Notes under the pieces: generated by a model | Told to the model about the DNA's origin: nothing | The model's database searches: none | What the model saw: the letters and a program-made list of their open reading frames with translations, nothing else | Position numbers and translations under genes: made by a program | Shown here: piece by piece, positions 47,189 to 56,094 of the stretch | Numbering within the stretch: position 1 is the stretch's first letter | How the letters are laid out: each line of letters begins with the position of its first letter | Assembly: GCA_007695305.1 (NCBI GenBank) | Contig: REEA01000108.1 | Span: 1,030-65,029, forward strand | Source of the DNA: Bacteroidia bacterium | Lineage (GTDB): Bacteria > Bacteroidota > Bacteroidia > Bacteroidales > UBA7960 | DNA length: 64,000 nt | Reading direction: 5' to 3'

Positions 47189-48017
47189 TGCAACTGAGCA
47201 TGAAAGATGGTTTCATGCCGCCGATAGTTTGTTTCGTGACGGCAACTGGTTTGAAGCCTCCATTCTTTATGAGCGATCCTATTACACATCAACGGATGCT
47301 CGCGGGCGAATCCTGGCAAACCTGGCCAAGGTGGAAGCCATGAAGGAAATGGGTGAGTTTTCCAGGGCACGTCGCGACTTGCAAAGGTCTGTCACTTTTC
47401 GCGGGGATGACACCTTGCGTAAGGAGTTGTTGTATCAGCTTGCATTATGTGCTTATCTGGAAGGAGATGCCGCCGGTGCCCGTTCGTTTCTGTTACAAAT
47501 TGAACACGGTTTTGAAAAGTTGCCCGGACATCGTACTTTTTTGTTGAATGGATTGGTAATCATTGATGAGCAGCGTTGGGATGAATTGAAGCCGCACCTG
47601 GACCGCTGGTTCCAGGAAACAAATGTTACATCGGAGTTGCGCGATGACTATTTGCATGCCTTGGATCTCCTGGTAATGGAACTGGGTGGTGTTCCCAGCC
47701 CCCGCGACCCCGATCGTGCCAGAATGTGGTCTACTTTTATTCCCGGTACCGGCCAGTTTTATGCAGGCTCAGCCGGTTGGGGAGTGCTGAATGCTTTCTC
47801 ACAGTTGGCTGCACTTAGTGGATTTGGCTTGTTGGTTTGGAATGGCTATTATATAGCCGGTGTTTTTGCCGGTCTTGGGCCCTTCCAGTCACTGTATTTT
47901 GGCGGAATACGCCAGGCAGGAACACTGGCAGAGCAAAATAACAAAAGCCGCCTGGATGAATTCCAGACGGCTTTGAAAAGGTTTCTGCTTAATGTGGCAG
48001 CGCACCAAAAGCAATGA
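47127..48017 (+). CDS. TPR-like repeat protein with a C-terminal two-TM module (IPGTGQFYAG motif); paralogue of the preceding gene
   Basis: 296 aa with a signal-like N-terminus (FYLTCIFLCATLSTSA) and TPR-like helices. The C-terminus reads STFIPGTGQFYAGSAGWG...YFGGI. It overlaps the upstream ORF by 62 nt. Confidence 0.6.
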   Translation: MKWINGFYLTCIFLCATLSTSATEHERWFHAADSLFRDGNWFEASILYERSYYTSTDARGRILANLAKVEAMKEMGEFSRARRDLQRSVTFRGDDTLRKELLYQLALCAYLEGDAAGARSFLLQIEHGFEKLPGHRTFLLNGLVIIDEQRWDELKPHLDRWFQETNVTSELRDDYLHALDLLVMELGGVPSPRDPDRARMWSTFIPGTGQFYAGSAGWGVLNAFSQLAALSGFGLLVWNGYYIAGVFAGLGPFQSLYFGGIRQAGTLAEQNNKSRLDEFQTALKRFLLNVAAHQKQ

Positions 48018-48021
48018 TCCA

Positions 48022-48429
48022 CTACCACATAAAGAAGCTTGGGTTGTCAATGTATTTTGAAATATCATTGTTCACCAGGCCGATCAGAAGAACTACCCAG
48101 TCAACAAATGCTACAATACCACACCCACCTAATGTCAAAATGTAAGCGATGATTACACCTGTGGATGTGCCCAGGTATGCCCTGTGGATACCAAGCGGAC
48201 CAACAAACCATGCCAGAATGAACGCAATCGCGGCATCTGGTTCCGAAACCACGGCTGCAGAAGTGCCGGCCAATGGTGCCATGGTGTTCATAGCGAACAT
48301 ATCCACCTGCTCAGCCTGCTCAAACATCTGGTCGATGGCAGCATGGTCAAGATAATAGCTACTAACATTCGCCTGTACGACAAATGCGCCCAAAAGCAGA
48401 ATTAGCGTCGATAGTAATACTTTTTTCAT
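48022..48429 (-). CDS. TM2-domain membrane protein
   Basis: 135 aa with a signal peptide. The TM2 signature is FILAWFVGPLGIHRAYLG...GGCGIVAFVDWVVLL. Confidence 0.8.
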   Translation of the reverse strand: MKKVLLSTLILLLGAFVVQANVSSYYLDHAAIDQMFEQAEQVDMFAMNTMAPLAGTSAAVVSEPDAAIAFILAWFVGPLGIHRAYLGTSTGVIIAYILTLGGCGIVAFVDWVVLLIGLVNNDISKYIDNPSFFMW

Positions 48430-48734
48430 AGATAATAACTTTTTTTAGAATTACTGAATAATTTTTACAGTCTCACAAAATTATAACAATATTTGTAAAT
48501 TCCAAATTATAATGGACATTCATTAAAAATATAGTGGTTATTTTTTACGAAAACACAATAACACCAAATATTGTCAAACTGTTTATCCGCTGTTTTGTCC
48601 GGCTGTGTTTGAAAAAAAATACTGTTTTCATCAATAAATTCATTATTTTTACCGTAAAGATATTTTGCTTTGCGTCCGTGTACCGGTTTTGCAGTGCAAA
48701 TACAAGATATTTATTGATCATCAAAAAGAATAAA

Positions 48735-49412
48735 ATGGAAACAATCAATTGGTGTGGTTATGAATGGCGTAAACAGGAACGCTGGGGCAATGTATATCCA
48801 ACAAACCTGCGTGGATGGATGGATCCTTCCTGTGTAAATATTGACGACAGGGGTTATTTGCATCTGCTTACAAAACGCAATCCGAAATATTTTGAACGGA
48901 CAAAGTTTACACATCTTTTTGGTGTTGGTCTGGTGAGTTGTACTCACCGGTTTGGATACGGTTATTTTGAGATCGAAGCAAAACTCCCGGAGGGTAAAAA
49001 TCTTTGGCCTGCTTTCTGGATGTGGTCCTATGACAGCTGGCCTCCTGAAATTGATATTTTTGAGGGTTACAGCAATGACAGGGGTGATTACCGTGATATT
49101 AAATTTCCAAGGTTTTGGGAGCTTTTCAAGGTGGAAACGAATTTTCATATCAAAGAAGATGGTGGAATTGGTGCAGAAAGATTTTTCATGGGCAACAATC
49201 CTTCAAGAAATTTTAATAAATATGCCTGTTTATGGGAACCAAACAAGATTGAAATCTTTTTTAACGGTTCCACGGTACGGGTATTGCGAAATGAAAAGGC
49301 ATTCAATGATACCACCATGAATGTGATTATTAACAATATGGTTAGGAGAAATCGCAATGATTTTTCTGAAAGCGACTTCGTGGTCAAGTATTTCCGCTAT
49401 GAGAAACGGTGA
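48735..49412 (+). CDS. glycoside hydrolase family 16 protein (beta-glucanase-like) with no signal peptide
   Basis: The start is set to ATG 48735 (METINWCGYEW), giving 225 aa. The GH16 catalytic motif ExDxxE appears as PPEIDIFEGY, together with WPAFWMW. Confidence 0.8.
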   Translation: METINWCGYEWRKQERWGNVYPTNLRGWMDPSCVNIDDRGYLHLLTKRNPKYFERTKFTHLFGVGLVSCTHRFGYGYFEIEAKLPEGKNLWPAFWMWSYDSWPPEIDIFEGYSNDRGDYRDIKFPRFWELFKVETNFHIKEDGGIGAERFFMGNNPSRNFNKYACLWEPNKIEIFFNGSTVRVLRNEKAFNDTTMNVIINNMVRRNRNDFSESDFVVKYFRYEKR

Positions 49413-49500
49413 TCCCTGCCATAAGGCTTTTATGTTATGCATGTGCTAAACAACACCTGACAAATTTCAGGTTTATACACCATCTGCATGCATTCATTTC

Positions 49501-49540
49501 AAAAAAAAACGGCTGCCCGATTAAACAGGCAGCCGTTTTA
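49501..49540. terminator. bidirectional intrinsic terminator between GH16 (+) and peroxiredoxin (-)
   Basis: 9-bp stem ACGGCTGCC/GGCAGCCGT (49509-49517 / 49528-49536), flanked by A9 on the left and TTTT on the right. Confidence 0.85.
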
Positions 49541-49559
49541 CATGTCAGTTATGAAAAAA

Positions 49560-50252
49560 TTACTTTTCCTTTTTGAAGCACATAAACCAGTCGAGGCAAT
49601 ACTTGTCCTCATCCTTATTTTCTACACGGTCTTTGGCGACGCCGCATGAACCGGGGGGAGGAATGATCACATCGTCGCCCGGTTGCCAGTTGGCGGGAGT
49701 TGCTACCTGGTCATTGTCGGCCTTTTGCATGGCAATGACCATTCGCTTGATCTCATCCATGTTTCTTCCCGTGCTTAGCGGGTAATAGAGGATAGCCCTG
49801 ACTTTTGCGTCGGGGTCCATAATAAAGACTGCACGAACTGCCTGTGTTGTTGAAGCATTGGGCTGCACCATGCCAAACTTCTTTGATACGTCCATTTTCA
49901 GGTCTTCAATCACGGGGAAGTTCACCTCCACATTTTTCATCCCATTGAATTCAATTTTCTCCTTGATGGTGCGCAGCCATGCAATGTGCGCGTATATGCT
50001 GTCGATAGAAAGACCGATCAGTTCGGTGTTCAGCTTGCGAAACTCTTCCTGCATGGTGGCAAATGTCATGAATTCGGTGGTGCATACTGGCGTGAAGTCT
50101 GCAGGGTGGCTGAACAAAATGACCCACTTCCCCTTGTAATCTTCCGGAAAATTAATGGGGCCCATGGTTGTTTTGGCATGGAACGAGGGCGCAGGATCTC
50201 CAATAAGGGGCATTCTTACAATTTCTTGCTGGCTTACTTTTGTTTCTTCCAT
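49560..50252 (-). CDS. 1-Cys/Prx6-type peroxiredoxin
   Basis: The start is set to ATG 50252 (MEETKVSQQEIVRMPLIGDPAP), giving 230 aa. The peroxidatic Cys motif is HPADFTPVCTTE. Confidence 0.9.
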   Translation of the reverse strand: MEETKVSQQEIVRMPLIGDPAPSFHAKTTMGPINFPEDYKGKWVILFSHPADFTPVCTTEFMTFATMQEEFRKLNTELIGLSIDSIYAHIAWLRTIKEKIEFNGMKNVEVNFPVIEDLKMDVSKKFGMVQPNASTTQAVRAVFIMDPDAKVRAILYYPLSTGRNMDEIKRMVIAMQKADNDQVATPANWQPGDDVIIPPPGSCGVAKDRVENKDEDKYCLDWFMCFKKEK

Positions 50253-50563
50253 AATATGATAGGTTTTAATAATGAATAAAGATGTTAATTGTTTCACAAA
50301 AGAAATTTGTATTTTGACCATATAACAAAGGCTGGTTAACAATTGTTCATAAAAGCTTTAAAAAATAAAGATCGCAGAACTCTTGTTTTTTTAATCCGCA
50401 GCTTCCGCATCCTGTTCTGATTTTTACAGCAGGTTTATAAAAATGTGGTGGGCGCGGGTCTGTCCTTATTTATTGTATCGGTATTTTGATTCGTTGCCAT
50501 GTTAAAAAAGACGGCCTGACACATTACAGGAAAGCCGGGGCTATTCCATCCACATAAAAATAT

Positions 50564-50571
50564 TATATTTG
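50564..50571 (+). promoter_or_regulatory. candidate -7 promoter box (TATATTTG) for the tricorn-like protease gene
   Basis: TAnnTTTG match 44 nt upstream of the ATG at 50616. Confidence 0.4.
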
Positions 50572-50615
50572 CTGACAAGACAAACTATACTTTTATTTTC
50601 AAAAATATCAGACAA

Positions 50616-53600
50616 ATGAAAAAATCCAGATTGGCAATTTTGTTACTCATGGTGCTGACTTTTTTGTCAGCCACAAAAGCTGACGAAGCAAGGCTGTTGC
50701 GTTTTCCGGCGGTATATGAAGATCAGGTGGTCTTTACCTATGCCGGTGATTTGTACACTGTTGACCGTTCCGGCGGTATCGCACGAAAGCTCACGAACCA
50801 CCCAGGCTACAAAATGTTTGCGCGATTTAGCCCCGATGGCACACACATCGCTTTTACGGCGCAATACGACGGCAATACAGAAGTATATTTGATGCCCGCC
50901 GGCGGAGGTGTACCTACCCGTTTAACCTATACCGCTACCCTGGGTCGTGACGATCTTTCGGATCGAATGGGTCCCAATAATATTGTTATGGGATGGAAAG
51001 ACAATGAAACCGTAGTTTTCCGTTCGCGAAAACGGTCTTTTAATTCATTTAAGGGTTCTTTATTTACGGTTAGTATTCACGGTGGGCTTCCTGAACAAAT
51101 ACCTGTGCCCGAAGGGGGATGGATCAGCTTCGATGATACCGGTGAGCGATTTGTGTACAACCGGGTATTCAGAGAGTTCCGCACCTGGAAATATTATGCC
51201 GGGGGTATGGCCGATGATATTTGGCTGCATGACTTGCGCGACCGTACAACGGTTAATCTCACCAATAACCAGTCACAGGATGTTTTTCCCATGTGGGTGG
51301 ATAACCGGGTGTATTTTCTTTCGGACCGGGACGCCCGGATGAATCTTTTTGTATATGATATGGTAACGGAACAGACCCGGAAACTTACACATTTTGAAGA
51401 ATTCGATATTAAGTTCCCATCTCTTGGCAATGATGCCATTATTTTTGAAAACGGAGGTTATTTATATCTTTTTGACCTGGGTATGGAAGCCATCGAGAGA
51501 ATCGTGATCCGTATCGCGGAAGATATGGCGATGGGCAGGCGTCAACGCAAAGATGCTTCCCAGATGATTCGCACCGCTTCCATCGCTCCTGATGGCAACC
51601 GTGTTACGTTTGGTGCGCGGGGTGATGTGTGGAGTGTTCCTGCCAAAAGTGGTATCACGCGCAATCTTACAGAAACATCCGGCGTGCACGAGCGCAATGT
51701 AACATGGTCGCCTGATGGCCGGTATATTGCTTATATATCTGATGTGACAGGCGAGGATGAAATATTTATCATCCCCCAGGATGGACGCGGTGATGCCACC
51801 CGGTTAACCCGCGATTCCGACACCTATAAATACACCCTAAGCTGGTCGCCCGATGCTACCAAAATTTTATGGTCGGATAAAAAGTTGCGGCTGCAATACG
51901 TGGATGTCAATACAAAAGAAGTTACCATCGTGGATCAGGCTGAAGCAGGCGAGATCACACAATACAACTGGTCGCCCGACAGCCGTTGGATCACGTATAC
52001 ACGACCTGAGAGGGATCACTATTCCAGGATATTTGTTTACAAGCTCGACAGTGGTGAGTCATTTCCTGTAACAAGCGGATGGTATGCTTCCTCAAGTCCC
52101 AGCTTCTGTGATCGCGGTAAATATCTGTTATTCAGCTCCAACCGTGACTTTAACCCCATTTATAGCCGTACGGAGTGGAATCATGCCTACACAGATATGA
52201 GCCGCGTTTATTTCGTCACCCTTCGCGAGGATGTGTCTTCGTTTCTGGAGCCGGAAAACAATGAAGTGAAAATTGACAACGGAGAAAACGGGGGGAAAGG
52301 TTCATCCAACGATGGTGAGCTACGCATCGAAATCGACCGGGAAAACATCAAACACCGTATCGCTGCATTGCCTGTTGATGTATCAACCTATTGGTCAATC
52401 AATGCTGTTGGCAATCATATTTATTATATGAAGCGTTCATTTGGGGACAACCGGTCCAGTCTCATGATGTTTAACATGGACAGCCGCCAGGAAACCAATC
52501 TTGCCGAGATCAACGGATACGCCATCAGTGCCAACAATCAGAAAATGCTGGTATTGCACCGGGGTCGTTATGCCGTGATAGATACGCCCCGCTCATCCTT
52601 TTCCGTAAGTGATTTTGTTGATGTATCCAATATGAAGGTTTGGGTTAATCTTCAAGAAGAATGGGAGCAGATATACAACGAAACCTGGCGTCAGATGCGT
52701 GACTTTTTCTATGCCCCAAACATGCATGGTGTTGACTGGGAGGCTATGCGGGAGAAATATCGCCCGTTGGTTGATTATGTAAATAATCGTCTTGATCTCA
52801 CATACATACTTGGTGAATTGGTTGGGGAGCTCAACGTGGGGCATGCCTATGTTGGTGGTGGTGATGTTCCGCAGGTTGAAAGGATACCCATGGGACTGTT
52901 GGGTGCGGAAATGAGCCGGCACGAATCCGGTTATTTCAGGATCGACCGTATTCTAATGGGGGAGAACTGGAATTCTTCCCGTCGTTCACCCCTTACAGAG
53001 TTAGGCGTGGATGTTAGTGAGGGTGATTATATCATTGCAGTGAACGGACAACCCACCAGTGAACTGGTCAATGTGTTCAAAGCACTCAAAGGCACTGCCG
53101 GTCAGCAAGTGGAGCTTAGTGTGAATAGCAGGCCGCGCAAGGATGGTGCGCGGGATGTGATCGTGGTACCAATAGCCGATGAAGCGGATCTCTATTATTA
53201 TAACTGGGTCCAGGATAATATCCGGAAAGTGAGTGAAGCTACCGATGGCAGGGTTGGTTATATCCATGTTCCCGATATGGGCCCAGGCGGGCTCAATGAG
53301 TTTGTCAAGCATTTTTACCCGCAATTGCGAAAAGAAGCTTTGATTATAGATGTCAGGGGTAACGGTGGTGGCAATGTGTCGCCAATGCTAATTGAGCGGT
53401 TGTCAAGGGAGCTTACCGGCTTATCTATGCAGCGTAATGTTGTTCCGGGAACACGACCGGCCCAAATACACCTTGGGCCTAAGGTTTGCCTGATAGATAA
53501 GTATTCTGCTTCCGATGGCGACCTTTTCCCCTATCAGTTTCAAAAGCTTGGTCTTGGGCCGCTCATCGGAACAACTACCTGGGGTGGCGTGGTAGGAATC

Positions 53601-53858
53601 CGGGGCTCTCTGCCTTTTATTGACGGCGGAACCCTGTCAAAGCCGGAGTTTGCTCCCTATGATATTCATGGCCAGGAGTGGATCATCGAAGGCATTGGGG
53701 TGGATCCTGATATATACGTTGAAAATGACCCGGCTATGGAATTCGACGGCATCGACCAGCAACTGAACCGTGCCATTGAAGAAGCACTCAGACGCATGGA
53801 AGACTATGACCAAAAAATACATCCTGTTCCACCTTTCCCCGATCGGTCAAGGCATTAA
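50616..53858 (+). CDS. tricorn protease homologue (beta-propellers + PDZ + S41 peptidase domain)
   Basis: 1080 aa with a signal peptide and the N-terminal block LLRFPAVYEDQVVFTYAGDLY. It has repeated WSPDG propeller motifs, a PDZ-like segment (GDYIIAVNG) and S41 motifs DVRGNGGG and YSASDGDLF. Confidence 0.85.
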   Translation: MKKSRLAILLLMVLTFLSATKADEARLLRFPAVYEDQVVFTYAGDLYTVDRSGGIARKLTNHPGYKMFARFSPDGTHIAFTAQYDGNTEVYLMPAGGGVPTRLTYTATLGRDDLSDRMGPNNIVMGWKDNETVVFRSRKRSFNSFKGSLFTVSIHGGLPEQIPVPEGGWISFDDTGERFVYNRVFREFRTWKYYAGGMADDIWLHDLRDRTTVNLTNNQSQDVFPMWVDNRVYFLSDRDARMNLFVYDMVTEQTRKLTHFEEFDIKFPSLGNDAIIFENGGYLYLFDLGMEAIERIVIRIAEDMAMGRRQRKDASQMIRTASIAPDGNRVTFGARGDVWSVPAKSGITRNLTETSGVHERNVTWSPDGRYIAYISDVTGEDEIFIIPQDGRGDATRLTRDSDTYKYTLSWSPDATKILWSDKKLRLQYVDVNTKEVTIVDQAEAGEITQYNWSPDSRWITYTRPERDHYSRIFVYKLDSGESFPVTSGWYASSSPSFCDRGKYLLFSSNRDFNPIYSRTEWNHAYTDMSRVYFVTLREDVSSFLEPENNEVKIDNGENGGKGSSNDGELRIEIDRENIKHRIAALPVDVSTYWSINAVGNHIYYMKRSFGDNRSSLMMFNMDSRQETNLAEINGYAISANNQKMLVLHRGRYAVIDTPRSSFSVSDFVDVSNMKVWVNLQEEWEQIYNETWRQMRDFFYAPNMHGVDWEAMREKYRPLVDYVNNRLDLTYILGELVGELNVGHAYVGGGDVPQVERIPMGLLGAEMSRHESGYFRIDRILMGENWNSSRRSPLTELGVDVSEGDYIIAVNGQPTSELVNVFKALKGTAGQQVELSVNSRPRKDGARDVIVVPIADEADLYYYNWVQDNIRKVSEATDGRVGYIHVPDMGPGGLNEFVKHFYPQLRKEALIIDVRGNGGGNVSPMLIERLSRELTGLSMQRNVVPGTRPAQIHLGPKVCLIDKYSASDGDLFPYQFQKLGLGPLIGTTTWGGVVGIRGSLPFIDGGTLSKPEFAPYDIHGQEWIIEGIGVDPDIYVENDPAMEFDGIDQQLNRAIEEALRRMEDYDQKIHPVPPFPDRSRH

Positions 53859-53867
53859 GAGAGGATG

Positions 53868-54116
53868 TTATTTTAGAAGGTCTGATATATTAAACTTGCT
53901 GTCGTATATCTTCAGCACGTCATCCATGTTCAGGCTCTCAACGCGGTCAATTTTGTTGGTGGAAGGTATATACCAAACTTCCACAAAGAAATCATCGAAG
54001 GCATACAGGCGTATTTGAAAATACAAAAACAGCCTGTCGGCAATGGGTCTTCCGGATTCCAATACCCTGTATACCTTCTCTTTTAATGGAAATTTGTCAA
54101 AATCGCTGCGTTTCAT
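53868..54116 (-). CDS. hypothetical protein
   Basis: 82-aa ORF convergent with the tricorn gene. I recognise no family. Confidence 0.45.
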   Translation of the reverse strand: MKRSDFDKFPLKEKVYRVLESGRPIADRLFLYFQIRLYAFDDFFVEVWYIPSTNKIDRVESLNMDDVLKIYDSKFNISDLLK

Positions 54117-54294
54117 TTAACAATGCAATTTGTTGTCTGTTACGTTATTTTTGCATGACATCTGTTTGACAGCCAAAAAATAAACACCGGTTGTTTCCCG
54201 GTATTTCCATCATTAATATAATGGTATGAAACCTCCATATACAAGAATTGACACGCACGGGAGTAATGATTTGTTTTGAGGGTTGATCTGTTTA

Positions 54295-54344
54295 AAATTT
54301 GTCAAAATGTCGAAATGTCAAAATGTCGAAATGTTTAAATGTCC
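54295..54344. repeat. 8-bp tandem repeat (AAATGTCA/AAATGTCG alternating), about 6 units
   Basis: The sequence is aaatttgtc aaaatgtcg aaatgtca aaatgtcg aaatgttt aaatgtcc. It is the same octamer family as at 39833-39863. Confidence 0.9.
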
Positions 54345-54506
54345 GGGTTTGCTATTGCTTATCAGCTCGTTTGCTCTTTTACTGACGCATCCCCGCATCT
54401 TCTCAACCTCGTTTCTTCAGCGCCCGGAGCCTGTAATCATACCCCTGTGTGTCAAAAATCCTGTCATGGGCGTTTCATCTCATCATACGATAATAATTAT
54501 GTGCTG

Positions 54507-55241
54507 ATGAAATACATACCGAACACCCTTACCATGATCAATCTGTTTCTGGGTTGCACAGCGGTAGCTTACGTTTTTGCAGGTTTTCTGCCAACAGCAT
54601 CTCTGCTGATTGGTTTGTGTGCTGTCATTGACTTTCTTGACGGTGCCCTGGCAAGGTGGTTGAAAGCCGGTTCAAACATCGGCAAACAGTTAGATGCACT
54701 GGCAGATATGGTCAGCTTTGGATTGGCTCCCGCAGCTATCCTGTTTCACTACATGCAGGCCGTTTTATTATCATGTAAACCCGAAACTGGTTATTTTGTT
54801 TGGTCATTGCCTGCATTTCTCATCACAGTTTTTTCTGCACTGCGCCTGGCTATCTTTGCAGCCGAAGATAATCAGTCCACTTTTTTCCAGGGACTCCCAA
54901 CTCCTGCCAACGGCCTGCTGATTGCCTCAGTCCCTTTTGTCCTGGCGTTCACTTCACCCGAACACACCATATACAAGATGTTCATAATCTTCACCGAATC
55001 GTATTGGTTGCTTTTAGGCATGACCTTTTTGCTGTCAGCCATGTTGGTCGCACCGGTTAAGATGTTCTCACTTAAAATACATTCGTGGAAATGGGCAGAG
55101 AATCGCATTCGATACATTTTTCTTGCCGGTTGCCTGATTTTGTTGATAACTTTTGGTTTGGCAGCTGCACCCTTATTCCTTATTTTTTATATAATTTTGT
55201 CACTGGCTGATCATTGGTTGTTATCGGGGAAAGGTCATTGA
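54507..55241 (+). CDS. pssA: CDP-diacylglycerol--serine O-phosphatidyltransferase (CDP-alcohol phosphatidyltransferase family)
   Basis: The start is set to ATG 54507 (MKYIPNTLTMINLFLGC), giving 244 aa. The signature D-x2-DG-x2-AR-x8-G-x3-D-x3-D reads DFLDGALARWLKAGSNIGKQLDALADM. Confidence 0.85.
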   Translation: MKYIPNTLTMINLFLGCTAVAYVFAGFLPTASLLIGLCAVIDFLDGALARWLKAGSNIGKQLDALADMVSFGLAPAAILFHYMQAVLLSCKPETGYFVWSLPAFLITVFSALRLAIFAAEDNQSTFFQGLPTPANGLLIASVPFVLAFTSPEHTIYKMFIIFTESYWLLLGMTFLLSAMLVAPVKMFSLKIHSWKWAENRIRYIFLAGCLILLITFGLAAAPLFLIFYIILSLADHWLLSGKGH

Positions 55242-55311
55242 TGATGATCTCAGCTCTTTGTATTGGTCAGAGATTGTTCAATAAATCCACAATAATCTAT
55301 TATTGACAAAC

Positions 55312-55569
55312 ATGAAATTCCGTGCCGAAATAACCGTTATGCCACTCAAGGCATTGCTTGACCCACAGGGAAAGGCAATAACAGGCAGCATGAAAAACCT
55401 TGATCTTCCGCAGATCTCCAATGTGCGGGTTGGCAAACATATCAGCCTCCTGGTGGAAGCTGACAACAAAAATCAGGCTGCAGAAACAATAGAAACCGCA
55501 TGTAAAAAACTGCTGGCAAACCCCATTATGGAATATTATGAGTTTTCTGTTTTTGAAGAAGAGGCATGA
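55312..55569 (+). CDS. purS: phosphoribosylformylglycinamidine synthase subunit PurS
   Basis: 85 aa from ATG 55312. The sequence MKFRAEITVMPLKALLDPQGKAI...LLANPIMEYYEF is PurS-like. Confidence 0.85.
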   Translation: MKFRAEITVMPLKALLDPQGKAITGSMKNLDLPQISNVRVGKHISLLVEADNKNQAAETIETACKKLLANPIMEYYEFSVFEEEA

Positions 55570-55650
55570 AGCAAGGCCAGTCTGATTCTTATGAAACCTT
55601 TTACACATACAGTGCAGTTTACCAAATGAAAGAAACCCGTTGCTGAATCA

Positions 55651-56010
55651 ATGGCTCAATCACACGATATCGGTCAAACCGGTGAAACCATTGCTGCCGA
55701 ACACCTGAAGCAGCAGGGCTGCCAGATACTGGAAACCAACTGGCAATCCAATCACCAGGAGATAGACATCATTGCCCGACAGGGAAACACTCTTGTAATC
55801 GTAGAGGTGAAAACAAGAAGCAGCAATTTTTTCGGAGAGCCGGAAGTTTTTGTTACCAAGCACAAACAACGCATGCTGATCAAGGCAGCAAATCACTATG
55901 TGTCAAAAAATGAGCTGGACCTTGAAATCCGTTTTGATATCATATCTGTATTGTTTAAAGATCAGAAATACCGGCTCAGCCATATTGAGGATGCATTTTA
56001 TCCACATTAA
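55651..56010 (+). CDS. yraN: YraN-family (UPF0102) endonuclease-like protein
   Basis: 119 aa. Motifs are GETIAAEHLKQQGCQILETNW, EIDIIA and LVIVEVKTR. Confidence 0.85.
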   Translation: MAQSHDIGQTGETIAAEHLKQQGCQILETNWQSNHQEIDIIARQGNTLVIVEVKTRSSNFFGEPEVFVTKHKQRMLIKAANHYVSKNELDLEIRFDIISVLFKDQKYRLSHIEDAFYPH

Positions 56011-56094
56011 TCATTCACGGGACAAATGCATGTCCTGTCAGCTTGCAGGAAACCAAATTTTATAGATACTTGAACCAATTTTAATCCTTTACTT

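Noticed and set aside
50253-50615. The 360-bp divergent region between the peroxiredoxin and tricorn genes as an OxyR/PerR operator or sRNA locus.
   Set aside because: Apart from a TAnnTTTG box for the tricorn gene, I found no convincing palindrome or terminator-bounded unit. This cannot be supported by eye.
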